Positions 27,074 to 30,605 of a stretch of DNA of 30,605 nt are shown here, piece by piece. Within the stretch, counting starts at the first letter, position 1. Each line of letters starts with the position of its first letter. The notes beneath the pieces are model-generated. The model was not told the DNA's origin, ran no database searches, and worked only from the letters and a program-made list of their open reading frames with translations. The DNA comes from Breznakia blatticola (GTDB taxonomy: Bacteria > Bacillota_I > Bacilli_A > Erysipelotrichales > Erysipelotrichaceae). The position numbers and the translations under genes were made by a program. The stretch lies in the NCBI RefSeq assembly GCF_004365815.1, contig NZ_SODD01000031.1, positions 1-30,605 on the forward strand, given 5' to 3'.

Positions 27074-27100
27074 TTAGCACTTAACACTTGACAGTGCTAA
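27074..27100. promoter_or_regulatory. CIRCE operator 1 of clpB, overlapping the -35
   Basis: TTAGCACTT-N9-CAGTGCTAA, 16/18 to consensus. It shares the 15-mer ACTTGACAGTGCTAA with hrcA CIRCE 1. Confidence 0.85.
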
Positions 27101-27115
27101 AAGATGGTGTATAAT
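27088..27115 (+). promoter_or_regulatory. Sigma-A promoter of clpB
   Basis: TTGACA 27088-27093, 16-nt spacer, TATAAT 27110-27115. Confidence 0.8.
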
Positions 27116-27119
27116 ACAA

Positions 27120-27146
27120 TTAGCACTTGGTATGGTAGAGTGCTAA
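27120..27146. promoter_or_regulatory. CIRCE operator 2 of clpB, between the -10 and the RBS
   Basis: TTAGCACTT-N9-GAGTGCTAA, 17/18 to consensus. This is the best copy in the window. Confidence 0.9.
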
Positions 27147-27161
27147 TAAGGAGGACACGAT

Positions 27162-29735
27162 ATGAATTTTGAGAAAATGTCATCAAGTCTTCAAGAAGTA
27201 TTTATGAAGGCTGTTGAGTTAGCGAAAAGTGAACATCATGCAACAATTGATACCATTCACTTATTAAAAATCCTTTTTGAAAGTGAAGTCCTAGACGGAT
27301 TATATAAACGATTACATATCAACAAGCAAAATGCGCTTGTTTTAATTGATGATGAAATGGGTAAAATTGCCCAAAGTTCTGGAGAACCAGTTTTAAGTAA
27401 GGAAGTAACAGATGCTTATAGCAAAGCTGAAGCATGGTCGAAACAACACAATGAGGAATATTTGGGATGTGCATCTTTTTGGATTGCACTGATGTCAAAT
27501 AAATCATATATTTCTAAATTATTGAGAAAGCAAACAGGCTTTACTGAAAAAGAAGCATATACACAAGAATTAGAGAGAAGAGGTGATAAAGTAATGGATA
27601 CACCGAACGCGGAAAACAACCTAGAAGCGCTTAGTAAATATGGGCGTGATTTAGTTGATGATGTAAAAAATGGAAAGATTGACCCAGTAATTGGGCGTGA
27701 TGATGAAATTCGACGAGTAATTCAAATTTTATCACGTAAGACAAAAAACAACCCAATTCTAATTGGGGAGCCTGGAGTTGGGAAAACTGCGATTGTTGAA
27801 GGGATTGCATGGCGTATTTTTAAAGGAGATGTACCTTTTGGCTTACGCGAAAAGAAATTAATTGAGTTAGATATGGGTTCACTAATTGCTGGTGCAAAAT
27901 ATCGAGGTGAATTTGAAGAACGCTTAAAAGCAGTACTAGAAGAAGTACAAAAAGCGGATGGAAATATTATTTTATTTATTGATGAAATTCACAATCTTGT
28001 TGGTGCAGGAAAAACAGAAGGATCTATGGATGCTGCTAACTTATTAAAACCGTTGTTAGCTCGTGGTGAATTACGTTGTATTGGTGCAACTACTTTTAAC
28101 GAATATCGCCAATACATTGAAAAGGATGCTGCTTTAGAAAGACGATTCCAAAGAGTTCAAGTAAATGAACCAACTCTAGAAGATACCATTGCAATTTTGC
28201 GTGGATTGAAAGATCGTTTTGAATCTTATCATGGAGTTCGTATTTTAGATGAAGCAATTATTAGTGCTGCTACATTATCGAATCGATATATTACTGATCG
28301 ATTCTTACCAGATAAAGCGATTGATTTAATTGATGAAGCATGTGCACATCTTCGTGTTGAAATGGATTCAATGCCTGAAGAAATTGATGAATTAATGCGA
28401 AAAATAATGCAACTTGAAATCGAAGAAACTGCATTAAAAAATGAAGATGATGCCAAAAGTATGGATCGCTTATCAGTTATTCGCGAAGAATTAAAACAAC
28501 TAAAAGCGAAAAAGGATGAACTTTATACAAAATGGAATGATGAAAAAGCAGTCTTAGAAGATTCTAAGAAAGCAAAAGTTCTATTAGAAAAAGCTCGTCT
28601 TGATTTGGAACAAGCACAAAGTGATGGACGATATGAAGAAGCTGCAAAACTGCAATATGAAACGATTCCAAATTTAGAAAAACAAATCAAAGAAGAAGAA
28701 AGTAGAGTGAAAAGTGATTCACTTATTTCAGAGACAGTAACTGAAGAAGATGTTGCAGTTATTGTGAGTAAATGGAGTGGTGTTGAAGTAAGTCGATTGG
28801 TTGAAAGCGAACGTAAAAAACTACTTGCTTTAAAAGATATCTTGGAACAACGTGTTGTTGGACAAGATGAAGCACTGACTTTAGTTACTGATGCGATCTT
28901 ACGTAGTAAGGCACAAATTCAAGATGAAAATCGACCAATTGGTAGTTTCTTATTTTTAGGTCCTACAGGAGTTGGGAAAACAGAAGTTGCCAAGGCATTA
29001 GCGGAACAACTTTTTGATAGCGAAGATCATATCATTCGTATTGATATGTCTGAATATATGGAAAAACATAGTGTCTCACGTTTGATTGGAGCGCCTCCAG
29101 GATATGTAGGATATGAAGAAGGTGGACAGTTAAGTGAAGCTGTACGACGTAATCCATATTCAATTGTCCTCTTTGATGAAGTAGAAAAAGCGCACCCAGA
29201 TGTATTTAACGTACTTTTACAAGTACTGGATGATGGACGTATCACTGATTCAAAAGGTGTCACGGTAGACTTTAAAAACACAATCTTGATTATGACAAGT
29301 AATATTGGTAGTCAATATGCATTTGATACTGACATACATGATATGAAAAATAAATACATGGGGGAAGTTAAAAACTATTTCAAACCTGAGTTTATTAACC
29401 GTATTGATGAAATTGTGGTATTTAATGCATTAGATCACGATATGTTAGTGAAAGTTGCTGCAAAATTCATGCATGAATTACAAGCACGTTTACTTAAGAA
29501 AGATATTCACTTGGAAGCAACACAAAATGTATATAATGCAATTGTTGCGCAAGGTGTAGATCCAGTATATGGTGCACGCCCAATGCGTCGTTACATTCAA
29601 AGAAATATTGAGACTCTCATTGCTAAAGAGATGTTAGCAAATGGTGTAAATCAAGATGATGTAATTTATTTAGACTATGATAAAAAAAGCGATGCATATA
29701 CTGCAGAGATTCGACAAGCAAATCTATTAGCATAA
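27162..29735 (+). CDS. clpB: ClpB disaggregase (Hsp100 AAA+ chaperone)
   Basis: Two AAA+ modules (GEPGVGKTA and GPTGVGKTE Walker A motifs) separated by a long coiled-coil middle domain, and no ClpP-binding IGF loop. 857 aa. RBS AAGGAGG. Confidence 0.96.
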   Translation: MNFEKMSSSLQEVFMKAVELAKSEHHATIDTIHLLKILFESEVLDGLYKRLHINKQNALVLIDDEMGKIAQSSGEPVLSKEVTDAYSKAEAWSKQHNEEYLGCASFWIALMSNKSYISKLLRKQTGFTEKEAYTQELERRGDKVMDTPNAENNLEALSKYGRDLVDDVKNGKIDPVIGRDDEIRRVIQILSRKTKNNPILIGEPGVGKTAIVEGIAWRIFKGDVPFGLREKKLIELDMGSLIAGAKYRGEFEERLKAVLEEVQKADGNIILFIDEIHNLVGAGKTEGSMDAANLLKPLLARGELRCIGATTFNEYRQYIEKDAALERRFQRVQVNEPTLEDTIAILRGLKDRFESYHGVRILDEAIISAATLSNRYITDRFLPDKAIDLIDEACAHLRVEMDSMPEEIDELMRKIMQLEIEETALKNEDDAKSMDRLSVIREELKQLKAKKDELYTKWNDEKAVLEDSKKAKVLLEKARLDLEQAQSDGRYEEAAKLQYETIPNLEKQIKEEESRVKSDSLISETVTEEDVAVIVSKWSGVEVSRLVESERKKLLALKDILEQRVVGQDEALTLVTDAILRSKAQIQDENRPIGSFLFLGPTGVGKTEVAKALAEQLFDSEDHIIRIDMSEYMEKHSVSRLIGAPPGYVGYEEGGQLSEAVRRNPYSIVLFDEVEKAHPDVFNVLLQVLDDGRITDSKGVTVDFKNTILIMTSNIGSQYAFDTDIHDMKNKYMGEVKNYFKPEFINRIDEIVVFNALDHDMLVKVAAKFMHELQARLLKKDIHLEATQNVYNAIVAQGVDPVYGARPMRRYIQRNIETLIAKEMLANGVNQDDVIYLDYDKKSDAYTAEIRQANLLA

Positions 29736-29756
29736 AGTGGAGAAATCCACTTTTTT
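29735..29756 (+). terminator. Rho-independent terminator after clpB
   Basis: AAGTGGA (29735-29741) / TCCACTT (29746-29752), loop GAAA, T-run extending to 29756. Confidence 0.75.
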
Positions 29757-29820
29757 GCTTTATGTAAAGAAATATCATTACGAGTTGTGTATAATAAACA
29801 TACATAGTAGAGGTGATGTT

Positions 29821-30468
29821 ATGGATGCAAATGTAAGAAAAATCATGGATATCAAATTAAACAAAGTAAAAAAGAATGCTGAAAAGAATAATATGGAAGC
29901 ATTAATCTTTGAATGTAAAGAAGATGTATTAAAGTTTTTAGATGAAAGAATTGCTGATGGTAGTCGTGTAAGTTTTGGTGGTTCAGAAACAATCAAACAA
30001 ATTGGTGCACTCGATATGTTGCGTAATAAAGATATTGAACTCTTTGATCGTTATGCTCCTGGATTATCTAGAGAAGAAATTGAAAATGTATATAAACAAG
30101 CATTTACTTGTGATTACTATTTGATGAGCAGTAATGCAGTAACTGAGAATGGTGAACTGTTTAATATTGATGGAAATGGGAACCGTCTAGCTGCCTTAAT
30201 TTATGGACCAGATAAGGTATATGTTATCGTTGGAGAAAATAAGATTGTATCTAATGTTGAAACCGCGATTGACCGTTTACGTAATGTAGCAACGCCAATG
30301 AATGGAGTGCGTTTAGAAAAAGAAACACCATGTGCAATTACAGGAAATTGCAATGACTGTACAAGTAGTGGGCGCATGTGTTCACATTATGTATTAACAC
30401 GCCAACAAAATCCAAAAAACAAAGATCGTATTTGTTTATTATTAGTGAAAGAAGATTTGGGATTTTAA
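29821..30468 (+). CDS. LUD-domain (DUF162, LutC/YkgG-like) protein with a C-terminal cysteine cluster
   Basis: Segments FGGSETIKQIG, YYLMSSNAVTENGELFNIDGNGNR and PCAITGNCNDCTSSGRMC. I use the start at 29821 with RBS AGAGGTGA. The ORF-track start at 29737 overlaps the clpB terminator. Confidence 0.75.
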   Translation: MDANVRKIMDIKLNKVKKNAEKNNMEALIFECKEDVLKFLDERIADGSRVSFGGSETIKQIGALDMLRNKDIELFDRYAPGLSREEIENVYKQAFTCDYYLMSSNAVTENGELFNIDGNGNRLAALIYGPDKVYVIVGENKIVSNVETAIDRLRNVATPMNGVRLEKETPCAITGNCNDCTSSGRMCSHYVLTRQQNPKNKDRICLLLVKEDLGF

Positions 30469-30487
30469 ATCCAAATCCTCTTTTTTT
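30454..30487 (+). terminator. Terminator overlapping the LUD gene stop codon
   Basis: GATTTGG (30454-30460) / CCAAATC (30471-30477), then CTC followed by a T7 run (30481-30487). Confidence 0.6.
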
Positions 30488-30507
30488 AAGAAATAAGGTG
30501 TGTTTTT

Positions 30508-30516
30508 TGCTATAAT
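30508..30516 (+). promoter_or_regulatory. Extended -10 promoter-like element at the window edge
   Basis: TGcTATAAT at 30508-30516. No good -35. Confidence 0.35.
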
Positions 30517-30541
30517 CCTGTCTTTGACAGTCAAATGAAAT

Positions 30542-30592
30542 AAAAACAGACAATAGACCCATGAATAAGGGGTTATAGTCTGTTTTTGTTTT
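30542..30592. terminator. Long hairpin with flanking A-tract and U-tract (terminator, possibly bidirectional)
   Basis: AAAAACAGAC (30542-30551) / GTCTGTTTTT (30578-30587), with inner GACCC/GGGTT pairing, followed by GTTTT. Confidence 0.5.
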
Positions 30593-30605
30593 GTAACGAT
30601 ATGTA

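Overview
AT-rich, low-GC Bacillota-type chromosomal window. The gene content and regulatory style fit the Erysipelotrichia/Mollicutes-related lineage, but that placement is inference only. I call 22 protein genes, almost all core housekeeping with a strong proteostasis theme. In order: small lipoprotein; unknown helical protein; tig; lon; engB; flavodiiron protein; Val T-box leader plus valS; ppdK; DUF853/HerA-like ATPase (-); CDF transporter; membrane serine hydrolase plus pgeF (-); hrcA-grpE-dnaK-dnaJ; membrane-anchored unknown; ygiQ radical-SAM (-); cca plus yfcE-like phosphodiesterase (-); clpB; LUD-domain protein. I found no rRNA or tRNA genes, CRISPR array, transposase, integrase, phage genes or recognisable defence island. 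I do not see a clear novel multi-gene system. The most interesting content is regulatory. (1) There are five CIRCE (HrcA operator) copies. Near-identical dual-CIRCE promoter cassettes precede hrcA and clpB, and a fifth CIRCE sits just after the -10 of a promoter in front of an uncharacterised 241-aa protein that heads the tig-lon-engB cluster. That protein is the best candidate here for an undescribed heat-shock/proteostasis factor. (2) Three minus-strand transcription units (cca, serine hydrolase, ygiQ) have no Shine-Dalgarno and a -10 box placed so that transcription should start at or within 2 nt of the ATG, which suggests leaderless mRNAs. (3) Smaller items: a consensus cre site at the ppdK promoter, an SD-preceded internal ATG in clpB, a terminator squeezed between tig and lon, and a possible small transcription unit at the right edge. 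All coordinates, motifs and hairpins were read by eye from the sequence. Family assignments rest on recognised motifs, not database searches.
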